DNA of 64,000 nucleotides from Octopus sinensis (Eukaryota): NCBI RefSeq assembly GCF_006345805.1, contig NC_043018.1, positions 12,400,001 to 12,464,000 of the forward strand, read 5' to 3'. Shown piece by piece: positions 51,244 to 64,000 of this stretch (position 1 is its first letter; each line of letters starts with the position of its first letter). The notes under the pieces were generated by a model. It saw only the letters and a program-made list of their open reading frames with translations, ran no database searches and was not told where the DNA came from. The position numbers and the translations under genes were made by a program.

Positions 51244-54200
51244 GCACACAATTGGCTTCTTTCAGTTTCCGTCTACCAAATCCACTCACAAGGCTTTGGT
51301 TGGCCTGAAGCTATAGTAGAAGACACTTACCCAAGGTGCCACACAGTGGGACTGAACCCAGAACCATGTGGTTGGAAAACAAGCTTCTTACCACACAGCT
51401 ACTCCTGCACGCGTTGTTTAATATTTTTATTTATTTTCATAGGCGATGATAGATGTCGATGAAACCTACCGCAAACCTATTTTTCCTACAAAACGAAAAA
51501 GAGATATCAAGGTATGATATTCAATATTCCCTACAGACTTTGTTTTTTGTCATAAAAATTATATCTTTTTTTTTTCATTTATTCTTATTATGCAAAGAAA
51601 GGCTTGGAATGAAATTATATAATAATAATAATCCTTTCTACTCTAGGCACAAGTCCTAAAATTTGGCGGGAGAGGGCTTGTGAATGACATCGACCCCAGT
51701 GTTCATCTGGTACTTGTTTAATCGACCCCAAAAAGATGAAAGGCAAAGTCAACCTCGGCTGAATTTGAACTCAGGGCATAAAGACAGATGAAATGCTGCT
51801 AAGCATTTTGTGTAATGTGCCAATGGTTCTGCCTGTTGGCCACCGTAATAATAGTTTCAAATTTTGGCATGAGACCAGCAAACTCAGGGAAGGGGTTAAG
51901 TAGACTACATTGACCCCAATACTTAACTGGTACTTTTCTTAATCAACCCTGAAAGGACAAAAGACAAAGACGACCTCAGCATCAAAACCTAAAGATGGAC
52001 AAAATGCTGTTAATCTGCCAGCTTGCCCTCTTGATATTAATAAGGATGATGATGATGATGATGAGCTTATTGTTGCACACTGCTGGACAGTTCCAGTTGA
52101 GCAATATTCTGGACAAGATGGGTGTTCCAGAGTGGAGATGCAAACTGTGTGAACATACCATAGACATATATAGCTAGGCAGCCAGTAAATGGCTGGCAAA
52201 GGCTTCACACAGTGATGCTGAGACACTTTGAGATTTTTGGATAACTTTAGAGATGTGGTTTTCCAATACAGATTATTGTTGACATAACATCCAGATCACA
52301 TTCATTAACAGACTTAATTACCAGAAATACAAGACAAACAAACTCAAAGGGTGTCTTTCATATTGTGTTTCTACTAATTATCTCAGCTTTTCTTTTCACT
52401 AAACCAGTCATGGGAAAACTGCATCCTGCTTGCCTGACAAAAAAATTACTTTGAATATTTTTTAGTATTGTGGCTTCCCAGAAATGGTTGTCCATGTCTG
52501 CACTAAACCTTGCATTTAAAAAAATAAACATACACCAGCAGTTAGTTGTGACTGATGTGCCCCTACATAAACCAAGCTTTTAGTAGGCAGTGTACCATTT
52601 ACCAGGTTATGTGAATCACACCATTAATTGCCTTACCTGAACTCCTCTGAAAGATCTCTGCAGTAACAACAGGGTGCATAGCTTGGAGATCAGAGAATCT
52701 CTTATGGTTCAGTGATACCAAGATGTCACAACTGTGGTACTAAGGACATGATAGAAAAAAGTCACCAAGTGGATTCATCAAGCCAAGTGTAGCAGCAGGT
52801 GACCAAGGAGTGGACCACGGATAAGATGGTTGGATAATATCCATGATCTCAATTGGTCGCATTTAGGAATCCAGCCAGAAAGTGTGATGATGGTTGTTTC
52901 TGATAAAATCCCATGGAGAGGTACCTGAGCACTCTTCCCATGACCCTCTCAGAGGAGACGGTTCGTTGAATATGTGTATTGCTTTAGCTCATTGGTTCCC
53001 TACCCTTTTTAGGTTGATTGCCCCCTTAGCGCTTGGGCCACAAACACAGACCACTTTCTGCAGCAAATTCAAAACAACTGTATATCACAAATAAAACTTA
53101 ATCTAAATAACCCATTATTTTGCTGTTTTTATATCTATTGCCCCTTTTGGTCACCCCATTATTGCTCCACTTTTCTCCAACGCCCTGCTGGATCTTTCCA
53201 CTGCTCCTAGGGGTGCACTACTGCCCACTTTGAGAACTGTTTTAGCTGATGTTGCAAGGCTTATGTTATGTTGTGTCCTTGGCTCAGTTGATCTTCTTGT
53301 AAACAATAAAATGACAGAGATCACTGTAAAATGTTTTCATAGCCAGATGTAAGGTCTTGCAGTATTTATTCCGGCTCTTTAATGGTTAAGTTCAAACCCC
53401 ACTGAGGTCTCAGCTTTGCCTTTCATTCATTCAGGGTCAGTAATATGAAGTACCAGTGAGGTATTAGGGTTGATCAGAATGAGAATCAGTCTTCCATGCA
53501 AACAGTTTTGGTTATGGGTAAATATCACCTTACCTAGAAATAGTTGAGGGTTGGCGACAGGAAGAGCATCCAGCCATAGAAAATCCACCTCAACAAACTC
53601 CATTTGACCCCCATGGAAAAGTGGGTGCTAAAACCATGGTAACGATGATGATGATGAAACTAAAAGAAGCCTATTGTGTACTCTATGACAGTCACTCACT
53701 ACAAGCTGTGTTGGTGGTGTGACTTCTGTCAACAAAACTCAGCCTCTCATGCCTTCAAAGATGTGAGACGTCTGAGCTGGTTTATATGAAAGTCAGCCGA
53801 GTGACAAGAAGGAATCTGTTTTGTAAAATATTGCCTCAATAATGAGTGGGTGCTGAAAAGTTTCTGGCTTTGGGTAAAAGAAAACACGGGAGGATCAGTT
53901 AATTATGATTTTATTCAACATATTCCCCTTCTCAGATTTGCACACTTATTGCAGGGGTCCTTCAGTTTTTCTAAGCCCTGCAAAAGAACTCTGAATGTTG
54001 GGCCTCCAAACGAGGCTCTTCGTGATACCTTAAAGCCAGGAACTTTTCAGCACCCACTCACCTATGAATTCCACTAACCCATGCCAGCATGGGAAAATGG
54101 ACATAAAATGACAAATGACTGATATGTTTGTTTCATTTTATTTTGGAAGGTTTTCCCAATTGTTCCTTCAACAAGCCCAGGTAACTCAGATGATGAAAAC

Positions 54201-54506
54201 AGTGACAATGAGTACAATTACCTTGAAGACGAAGAAGACTCAAGTGAGGAACTTAATGTCAGAACATCCAGTGAACTGACCAAACGGAGACACGATGAAC
54301 GTCGTGAGAAGACTGCCTCGACTAAATGTCATAAGCAAGATGTGACTGTTGCATTACCAGGCTCCAAACTCCCTGTTGTGTGTTTGTCATCAAGAATCGA
54401 ACCATGTTTAGTATATAACAGACTAAAGACCAAAGTTTGTCAGCGCCATGTGAACCAGTTATTTATTCGAGGTGAAAGTATTGTGTCTGTAGCAATTGCA
54501 AACTGA
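43594..54506 (+). CDS. LSM11: U7 snRNP-specific Sm-like protein LSm11, 4 exons, 292 aa
   Basis: Exons 43594-43903, 45676-45818, 51443-51511, 54150-54506 (879 nt, GT-AG, phases consistent). N-terminal [14 protein letters not shown]…LNNLAEY, Sm1 GPLSLLRRC…[29 protein letters not shown], split Sm2 [14 protein letters not shown]. Confidence 0.93.
46320..50560. repeat. ~4.2-kb degenerate (TA)n array in LSM11 intron 2
   Basis: Direct inspection. (TA)nGA variants to ~49560, then (TA)nGG variants. Confidence 0.95.
53843..54062. mobile_element. Mariner-derived MITE (same family as 16645-16862)
   Basis: GAGTGGGTGCTGAAAAGTTTCTGGCTTT … AAAGCCAGGAACTTTTCAGCACCCACTC inverted ends. Confidence 0.78.
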
Positions 54507-54622
54507 CTTCTACTTTAGATTTATTTACAAAATCATTGTTGCATTAAAAAAACAAAATCAAATGTAAAAGCTTGTTTTCTAATCCTTAGAAGAATTTATT
54601 TCCACTATTAATTCTTTTGTGG

Positions 54623-54930
54623 GGGCGCAATGGCCCAGTGGTTAGGGCAGCGGACTCGCGGTCGGAGGATCGCAGTTTCGATTCCCAGACCGGGCATTGT
54701 GCGTGTTTATTGAGCAAAAACACCTAAAAGCTCCATGAGGCACTGGCAGGGGGGGTGGAAACCCCTGTTGTACTCTTTCGCCCCAACTTTCTCTCACTCT
54801 TTCTTCCTGTTTCTTGGGTAACGTTGCGATGGGCTGGCGTCCCGTCCAGCTGGGGGGAACACATATGCCACAGAAACCGGGAAGCCGGGCCCATGAGCCT
54901 GGCTAGACTTGAAAAGGGCGCAAAGATAAA
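54623..54930 (+). mobile_element. tRNA-derived SINE family D
   Basis: A box TGGCCCAGTGG and B box GTTTCGATTCC followed by a non-tRNA body. A second copy lies at ~57170-57460. Confidence 0.8.
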
Positions 54931-55331
54931 GAAAAAGATGAATTCTCTTACCTTTCACTTATTTCAGACATTGGATTGTGGCCATGCTAAGGAACCACCT
55001 CAAAAGATATAGTCAAACAAATTGACTCCAGAACTTAGCTATTTTTAAGGCCAATACTTATTCTATCGGTCTCTTTTGCTGAACCACTAAGCTACAGGGA
55101 GATAAAAAAACCAACACTGGTTGACAAATGGTGGTGAAGGAGAAACACAACACAAATAGGTGCAGGTGTGCTTGTGTGGTAAGACACTCGTTTTCAAACC
55201 ACATGGTTCTGGATTCAGTCCCACAGTTGTTGGGCAAGCGTCTTCTACTATAGTCTTGGACCAACCAAAGCCTTGTAAGTGGATTTGGTTGACAGAAACT
55301 AAAAGAAGCTTGTCGTGTATGAGTATATATA

Positions 55332-56505
55332 CAGTTGCGGCCAAAATGTTCAGAACGGCATTGTTTTTGTCAGAAAAGTAGGTATAAGTTTTTATCAAAG
55401 TTGTTTTATATTCTATAATTTTCACAGACAATAAATACGATATTAATTATTATTGTCTGAGATTTTGGTGTAATTTGAGAGGATAATACAAAAGTTATGG
55501 ATGATTTAGTGATTTACTGCAAAACCCATGGCGGCCAAAATGATCAGAACGGTTGAAAAAAATAACAAAATAATCAAAAATGACAGAGAATACTGGAATT
55601 ATTTAATATTTAGTGTGAAGCTTCAATCACACTTTGACATCTTCGACTGCATGAGGAAATTAAATTTTTAATTTCTTGCTGGGTGATCTTATTCCATTCT
55701 TCCTGAAGGGCATTCCATAATTGCTCGGTTGTTTTAGGATTTCTGGCTTTCGAACGTTCTCCTAGAATATTCCACACATTTTCAATAGGATTGAGATCTG
55801 GGCTTTGAGCAGGCCAATCCATAACAATAATCTTTTCAGCCTTGAGAAAGTTCATGACCACCTTAGCCTTGTGACATGGGGCATTGTCCTGCATGAATAT
55901 GGGTGGTCGCTTAGTTGAATTTCTCAGCCCAGGCAAGACATGATCTTTTACAAGTTGTTTATAAACTCCTGCATTTACCTTTCCATGTAATCGCACCAAA
56001 AGACCCACACCATCTCCATATACCATCCCCCAAACCATTACACTTCCTCCACCGAATTTAACACTAGTCTTAAAGCATTTAGGTGACAATTTTTCACCGA
56101 ACGTATCTTTTCCCATCTGAGCCAAATAACATAAACTTAGATTCATCACGGAAATGCACCATTTGCCATTTTTCTTGAGACCACAACACGTTCGGTTGCA
56201 AAGGTAAGATGACACTTTTTATTCTTGGAGCTGATCAGTGGCTTTACTGCAGGTGCTCTTGCTTGTAGGTCATGTCCAACTAAACGACGAGACACGGTTT
56301 TTCGAAATAAAGTTTTCTTCAGTTCAATGCTCATTTCCCAAGAAACAGCATTATCCTCTCAAATCACACCAAAATCTCAGACAATAACAATTAATATCGT
56401 ATTCATTGTCTGTGAAAATTATAGAAACTAAAACAACTTTGATGAAAACTTAAACCTACTTTTCTGACAAAAACAATGCCGTTCTGAACATTTTGGCCAC
56501 AACTG
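55332..56505 (-). mobile_element. Tc1-family (DD34E) transposon with ~160-bp TIRs, defective transposase
   Basis: TIR CAGTTG(C/T)GGCCAAAATGTTCAGAACGGC at both ends. ORF 56215-55610 has VMVWG, FMQDNAPCH and WPAQSPDLNPIENVW. The N-terminal region is frameshifted or shortened. Confidence 0.93.
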
Positions 56506-56542
56506 TGTGTGTGTGTATATGTATATATATATACATATATAT

Positions 56543-56751
56543 ATAGGAAAAAAGCAACAAGAATGGATCAACATTACGGTACAATGTTTTGTACGAAGAC
56601 ATCTTTAATAAGGCTACAAAAATTGCAGTAAATATAGGTGACTCGTACGAGTCACCTATATTTACTGCAATTTTTGTAGCCTTATTAAAGATGTCTTCGT
56701 ACAAAACAATTGTACCGTAATGTTGATCCATTCTTGTTGCTTTTTTCCTAT
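56543..56751. repeat. Near-perfect zero-spacer palindrome (104/105-bp arms)
   Basis: Centre GACTCGT|ACGAGTC at 56646/56647. The arms differ by a single indel. Confidence 0.93.
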
Positions 56752-56861
56752 TTATAATCACCCCACTTTGTCATATGGTTAACACCATATAGATTTCTGG
56801 TGCATCCAAGTTAAGTACCATATTCATGTGAATTCAACAGAACTCACTTGAATCTTAATTG

Positions 56862-56904
<43 letters not shown>

Positions 56905-57169
56905 CTCTCCACCACGACAAGTGTTGATGTGTTTTTGTCTCAGTGACTTAGCAGTTTGGCAAGAGATCAATAGAATATGTACCAGGCTTTAAAAAAAATG
57001 TAGTGGGGTTAATTCATTTAATTCAAGACAGTGCTCCAGCATTGCCACAGTCTAATGACTAAAACAGATTATTTAATATAGAAGCTACTGTAAGTTTCAT
57101 ACTGTGGAAACTAACAGCAGTTTGTTTAAATCCTGTCTATATCAAATGATGTTTATCTCTCACTGAATG

Positions 57170-57460
57170 GAGGTGCAATGGCCAAGTGGTTAGGGCAGCG
57201 GACTCACAGTTGTAGGATCGCGGTTTCGATTCCCAGACGGGGCGTTGTGAGTGTTTATTGGACAAAAACACCTAAAGCTCCACGAGGCTCCAGCAGGGGG
57301 TGGTGGTGATCCCTGCTGTACTCTTTCACCACAACTTTCTTCTGTTGTGTGTATTTATTGCTTAGCCAGCGGGGTGGCGTCATTTGAAGGCTAAGACAAT
57401 GCGAAGCGCATTGTGACCAGCGATGTGTAGCAACATCTGATAGCCTGGTCGGTCATAGTG
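57170..57460 (+). mobile_element. tRNA-derived SINE family D, second copy
   Basis: GGTGCAATGGCCAAGTGGTTAGGGCAGCGGACTC…GGTTTCGATTCCCAGAC. Confidence 0.78.
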
Positions 57461-60400
57461 ATATATATATATACATACATACACATGACAGGCTCCTTTC
57501 TGTTTTTCTGTCTACCACATTCACTCAAAAGGCTTTGGTTGGCCCAGAGCTATAGAAGACATTCAGTGAGAATGAAGCCAAGAGCACCTGGCTGAGAAGC
57601 AAGCTTCTTCAATTACACACCTGTGCCTATGCTTCTTTGATAAAAAAAATATTGCTAAAGTTTAATCATGAATTAGAAATGTGATGCTCAGGTAGTTTAG
57701 AAGTTTGTTTCAGGTGAAGGCATGGTCATGTGATTAAGAAGTTCCTGCCTTGTCAATACGGTTGACGTGAACTTGCCATGTCCTTGACGTTACAACCACT
57801 TTAGTGCTTATGCTACCCATGATTTAATGCATCCAGTACACTGTAAAGGCGGTTGGTGTTAGAGGGCATCCAGCTGAAGAAATTATACCAAAAACAGAAC
57901 AGGCAAGTGAGAGTTGATTGTCTTAACCTTGCTTAAGAGAGAAGTAACTGAATAAGAACCAACTTGGATCATAACAAATCATCTCTGCATGGAAACTGGG
58001 TGAAAAAAAAAAAAGACATACGCACACCACACATATATTCTCCTGATATCAGGGGTCTCCCCTAGTTCAACAACTGATTTATTCCACAACTAAACTTGAT
58101 ATAGTTCTCCAGCTTGTCAGATCCTGTGGAATCATTCCAGCATGAAAAAATAGGTGTTAATGATGCAAAAAAAAAAAAAAAAAAAAAAAAAAAACTTTTC
58201 TGTTGAGATATATCAAGTTTATTGAGGCAACGTAACTTGCAGAAAACACCAGTTCTATTTTAGAAATAACCACGAGTTCAAATTCCACTGAGGTGAACTT
58301 TGCCTTTCACCCCTTCTGGGTCAATGAAAATAAGTACCAGCTGAGTAATGGAGTTGGTATAATCGACTGGCCCCTCCCCCAAAATTTCTGCTGAAATAAC
58401 AATGAAAGTTAATTTCTCAATGAAACGATTAAGCTGTGGAAGCTTGGCTTATAAACCCTAAAACCCTGTTATTGAGGCAGTTTTTTGCTGGTCCTTAAAA
58501 CACAATTTTTATATTCGCACAATATCAAGGGTTAAAATTTCAGAAGTCATCCATGTGTTCTTTTCAGTCTGCACCTCTCTTAAATATGTTTTATTTCATA
58601 ACTAATAGATAAAATTACTTGTCTGCCATGTGAGGACCAGAGACTTGAAGTGTTTCAGATGGAAAGACAATGAGAGAAAATCATGTCATAGTAGAGAAAT
58701 GTGTCCGCATGGATGGCCACGGGTAAATATTAGCTTCCTTGGAAACTGGTGAGGGTTGGTGACTGAAAAAGCATCCAGTTGAAAATCTTCCTCAATGACT
58801 TCCATCTCATTCATGCAAGCATGGTAAAAAGGATGTTGAAATGATGATGACGATCCCCCCCAAATTATTCCATTAATTCTGCAATAATGTTCAAACCTGA
58901 ACAATTCTAAAAACTAATTTAAGTTTTTGATTTTGTCAATTTTTTCCCATTGGAAGATGGTCAGTGTTGGAAACAAATTATTAACAAAAGGGGTTAAAAG
59001 GTGAAAGAAATTTAAATTCAAACAGTTTACAACATTCAAAAGATATCAGGCTTCCCAGGGTGGTTTATAATAAAACAGATAAAGTTACCATTAGAAAAGG
59101 AGAGGAATAAAACAACTAAAAGAAAATTTGATTCACATTAGAATACGTATATATTTATTTTTTGTTCCTGCATTTATGTCTTAAAGACAAGTACACATTT
59201 TAAACAAAACATTAAAAAAAAAAGCAAATTTTTTTTTTTTAAACCACCTTACAGCATTTGCTATCAAGTTAACAGGACCAACAGCAAAAGAAAGTTGAGA
59301 TTTTCAATGTTAACTCCTAATGACAGGTGTTCAAGCCCTCCATCAGGAACTGAATAATTTCCCTGTGTAACCAATCTCTGATATTGTCTTGATAGGGTCC
59401 CCTCATAGTTAGTTTTGGAGGTAAATAGAAATGAATAAAATTGATAGGTTGATAATGTGAAAATTAAAATTAAAATTCACCCTTTACAAATGAAACCGCA
59501 ATTTACAGAGTGTGTGTGTGTGTGTGTTAAAACTGATTCCTTTTCTATCTTTAAAGGGCAAATATTGTTGAACACATAATGAAAGCAATAACTAAGTTGA
59601 TTCAATGACATCTGAAAATAAGGACTTGGATGAAAAACTGGCAACTTACATATAATCATCAAAATATAAACATTTATATATACACATACATACACACACA
59701 CACACGTGCTCATAAGATTTTTTTGCCATATTCAGTACTCAAAATAGTTCACATTGTATCCAATGCGATCAAGTTAAGCTACACTTCCAGCCCTAAACCA
59801 TTTCTATTTAAATCTATCTAGACTAGTTATACAGATTGGCAGTTAAATATATGGTATTTGCTTCACAAGATGATATTCAAATTCACTGAATTCCAGTCGA
59901 CAATTTCAGTGGTAATATGAAACACGTGGATGATCGGAAAGCGCCGACACCATTGAAAGATTATCTGCTTTCTGTTGTTCCAAAGATTTATTCTTTACAA
60001 GTAAAAGGAATGAGTAAACCTGTTGTTCACATTGAGACAAGTTGAATCAACAGAAGTCCCGCTGCCAACCCACTGACCTCCACTAATATTTATTCTCACT
60101 CCAACACGATTCTTTTCCCCTTAATACAATCCTAATTGGGTAACGAGCTATCAGACTTGGACTGCTGAATCAAATTTCAAAAGTCCAGAAGGAAAGAGCA
60201 ACAGGGCCAATAAATGGCTCAGGTATCATTTCTCACACCACAGCACCCGGGCAGCAATTTCCATACTGAAGGAACAAAATTATTTTGTGATAATCAGAGA
60301 ATCTTCAAGGAAATAAGCTTTCTATTATTTCCAAATAGATTGTTTACTTCACTTGATGCTATCCCCTACTTGAACAAGAAGTGAAATGCAAATGAACCCC

Positions 60401-60605
60401 AGCTGAGTGACTCAAGTAGATAAATGCTATGAGTAAGTTTGGAACTTAAGAGCTTCCAAAATCATTTGGAACAGAGTTAAAAATTTATAGCAATATATAT
60501 TGCAAGTAGACTTTAAGGTATCTGAAAATTTTCTTTCATATATTACATATGTGGTATGTGTTTTACAATTTTATATATATATATATATATATTTATTTAT
60601 ATATA

Positions 60606-61472
60606 CAGGGTGGGTGGAAAGTAACTAGGCGTTAGAAATTGCTTACAGAATTTTTAGTATCACTAAAGTCATGACAAAGACATTTTTTAAACAGACAACA
60701 CTAAATGGGGATTTATTTATTTCTTATTTCTTATTTTCCAGATGACCGGTCGCCTGACCGTTCAGGAGCGAGCTCAGATAGCAGCAGACTATGAAGTGTA
60801 GAATTCCATTGTTTTGGTTCACAAATGGTGGCATGTATGGAAAGGTAAGCATGCAACACTATGTCTGGAGACAATAAGAAGTTTGTCATGCAAAGCTGAT
60901 GACCACTGGCTCAGTGAACAATGCAAGAAGTGACCTTCCAAACACATCTGAATCAGTGGGAAATGTGGCAACAATGCAGGAAATGTTTAATCACAGCCTG
61001 CAAAAGTCAACATGTCAAGCAACTTGTGAAAGACACACAATACGTAGAGTGTTGCATAAAGAATTGAATTTTCATCCATGGAAACCCCATTACGTGCAGG
61101 AGCTAAAACTTGAAGACTGTGACCACAGGAGTCCAGAACTCCAAGAAGTCCAGATCTCACTCCATGTGATTTCTGCCTGTGGGGTTACACAAAAGAGGAG
61201 ATGTACAAGACAAAACCTCGCACACTGGAGGACTTGGAGACACAGATTCAGAAGTTTAATGATATCGCAGATGATGTTCTTCAGAAGGTTGTTCATTCCA
61301 TCCCTGGCCATTTGAGGAAACTGGTTGACACCACCAGTGCTTATGTTGAAATACGAAGACTTACTTTCACTTTCCCATCTAATAAAGAACATGGATCATT
61401 TGTTTCAATAAATTTGTGAAAAGAATATGGACTTATTTCCAATTTTTAATGCCTACCTACTTTTCACCCACC

Positions 61473-61477
<5 letters not shown>
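60606..61477 (+). mobile_element. Degenerate Tc1/mariner-superfamily element (DUF4817-type N-terminus), internally deleted
   Basis: TIR CAGGGTGGGTGGAAAGTA pairs with TACTTTTCACCCACCCTCTG. Fragments MTGRLTVQERAQIA…, RRVLHKELNFHPWK and YKTKPRTLEDLETQI. Confidence 0.8.
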
Positions 61478-61518
<41 letters not shown>

Positions 61519-63846
61519 TGGATTAATTTCCCAGAAAAAGATACTTAAAAGGAGCGAGACTGAAAGCAGAAACAGTCAAGATGCTGTTTTAGATTTCTTC
61601 TTGATATTTACACACAACAGCAAAATGACTCCCAACTTTCTATACTGGCCTTCATTTACAAGAAACCAAAACTACAGATCGATATTATGTCTAATCAATT
61701 AAGGGACCACAAATAACCACATTGGAACAGAAGAAAACTGAATGTAGCAGCAGCAGAGAGCTTTTGTAAAAGTGTTTTGCATTTGTTGCATTATGCTAGC
61801 ATCCAATGCAATCCCTATCACCCTACCACAAAAAAAAAACTATAGCTGATGCATGCACACACGCACACTCCTTACAGAATAACTTTAAATGATTTCCTCT
61901 GAAGAAAACTTAGAAATTTGTCAGTAAGAAATTACTTTTTAAACATGAGTTTATTCAAGCAAACCATAAACTGCAATATCCACCAACTTACATTTGGTTA
62001 CATGGAACTGGTCCTGAAAATAGTTCAAAAGATTTTCCCAACATATTCTCTGCCTCTGCTTAAAAGATTTCCCTTTATTTGATGAATTTTTCCAATCAAT
62101 GGTATATTATCTTTATACTGTACACCAATTCTTTAAAACAATTACTTCACAATGGATTTGGTAGTAAAAAAAAAAAAAAAAAAGCAAAAGACCAGTTTTG
62201 GAGGATTGTTTTTTTTGGGGGGGGGGTTTAGGCCATAATAATCCAAGAATTGAATAAAATGCAGAAAAGGGTTTAAGATCAAACAAGAGTTTGAGTGAAA
62301 ATCACAGGTTTGTCTCCATGGCTAAGACATGATTCCAGCAATTCAAAGAACATTTTTTTTCTTTTCTTTCCTTTTTTTTTTTTTATTATTTTTTAAATAT
62401 TTTTACAAATTTCAACTGCTGCCACAAACAAGATAAAAGAATGAGCCCCTGTTATGCTTTCAACTATCATCAATCCAATGAAAAGAATCCAATGACAAAA
62501 TGAAAGCATAAACACTAAAAATAAAATACAGAGGACTGGATTTCTAAACTTAACCAATTTTCCTAGATTAAAATAACAAAAAAAAAGAAAAAAATACCAG
62601 AGCCACAATCGATGAAATTGGATGATAATGTTTTAATTTTATTAGAGTTAATTGCAATTTTTGGAAGTGTTCATTATGAAATCCTAGAAAAGCCAAATTT
62701 CATCAGAAGGAGTGGGGAAAATACATAAGGCCATTTTCAGACATTGAAACTATCTCATTCTGTATTTGAATCCTTTCTAGCAAATGACGAGCAAGAAAAT
62801 GGTTTTAAAGAATTATTCCTTGAATCAAAACACAAGCTAGAAAGACAGATAGATGAAAATTATATTGTTTTTCAAGTTAAATTCACCTCCAAATGTTAAC
62901 CTTACCTTTAATTATTAAACAACTAGCAAAGAATATAAAGATGACCCTTACAAACTGAAATAGAAAATGTGTTTTCTTTGCCCTCAGCATCTCCAAACAT
63001 GTATTTTCTTCTGAAGAGAACTAAACAACATGGATATTATGACCATGAGGAAGAAAAAAAAGAAGTTAAAAAGGGATAGTAACACTTTCTACCTTGAGAA
63101 GGAAGGTGGGAATAAATTAGAAGGAAAAAAAGAGACAAGGACAAACAAAGGAAAAAAAGAAACTAAAGTTTTAAACAAACCTCTGAAGTTAACCCCAAAA
63201 GCTTATAAGGGTACAGACCAAAAAGTGTTCCTAAAGCTAGTGTACTGCAAGACAGGATGAAATATTCCAGTTGAAAGTCTGGATCTGTTTTTGTCCTTCC
63301 ATTGAAGTAAAATTGACATTTCACTTTTTTTGTTGTTGTTGTTGTTGTTTTGTTTTGTTTTGGACTTTTTTTTTTGTTTGTTTTCGTCCAAGTCCTGAAA
63401 TTATATAATTGTCTTTTTCTTTTCTCTCTCTCTCTCACTCTCTTTTAAACAATTACATTCCATAAATGTTTGCATATTTGAAGGAATTTGGCTTGGTGAA
63501 TATTGCAAGCAGTTTAGGAATCGGTAAACAGTAGGAGTGTGCGTGTGTGTGCGTGTGTGTGTGTGTGTGTGCGTGTGTGCGGGGGTGCAATGGTTACAAT
63601 GTACATGAGAGGCTTTCTCTTTTCCGTTTCTCCTTCTGTTGTGGTTGTTCATAAGTGCTACTTTATTAAAAGGTTGCTCAACATTCAAAGTTCAACTGAT
63701 GCTGAAAGAAAGAGCAGCATTTATGGTGAAAGGAAGTGAAATGAGAGACTCTAACCAAACACATTTTAAGAGAAAGGACATTCATTCATGAAGAATTCCA
63801 AAAATGATTTTTTGTTGCTTTTTTTTTCTTTCAAATTTTTCCCTTT

Positions 63847-63916
<70 letters not shown>

Positions 63917-64000
63917 TGTGCGCGCACGAGTGTGTGTAGTGACAGGAAGAGAAAGAAGGAAAGGAAAGTGGAGAAGAGAAGAGGAGAGTGAATAAACAAA

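Noticed and set aside
54623-54700. tRNA gene-like A/B boxes (also at ~57170)
   Set aside because: Continues into a repeated SINE body, and no complete cloverleaf was recognised.
58900-64000. A-tract-rich region resembling the long 3'UTR or intron of an off-window gene; ORFs 62393, 63030, 63163
   Set aside because: No recognisable protein or supportable exon structure.
1-64000. CRISPR arrays, rRNA genes or prokaryotic operons
   Set aside because: None seen. The window is intron-containing eukaryotic DNA.

Overview
AT-rich, microsatellite- and SINE-dense animal genomic DNA. The repeat families and gene content suggest an octopod cephalopod (inference). Four protein-coding loci can be built from the sequence. 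(1) An intact, intronless 1033-aa importin-7-like ORF (10824-13925, minus), probably a retrogene. (2) A small secreted cystine-knot gene of agatoxin-like type on the minus strand. It has a TATA/Inr promoter near 28.9 kb, a signal-peptide exon (23660-23584) with ACG where the AUG is expected, a propeptide exon ending LEER (23002-22948), and two tandem-duplicated terminal exons (21076-20914 and 18085-17923). These encode mature peptides that differ at 18 of 53 residues, with all 9 Cys conserved and nearly identical flanks. (3) A 7-exon CCDC166/DUF4515-like coiled-coil gene (42958-32651, minus). (4) A 4-exon LSM11 gene (43594-54506, plus), head-to-head with (3). The rest is tRNA-derived SINEs, Tc1/mariner, LINE and Penelope remnants, foldback/palindromic MITEs, a GAA tract and a 4.2-kb (TA)n array. 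The main candidate for a new system is one shared leader spliced to alternative, rapidly diverging knottin exons. All gene models were assembled by eye; no expression or database evidence was available.
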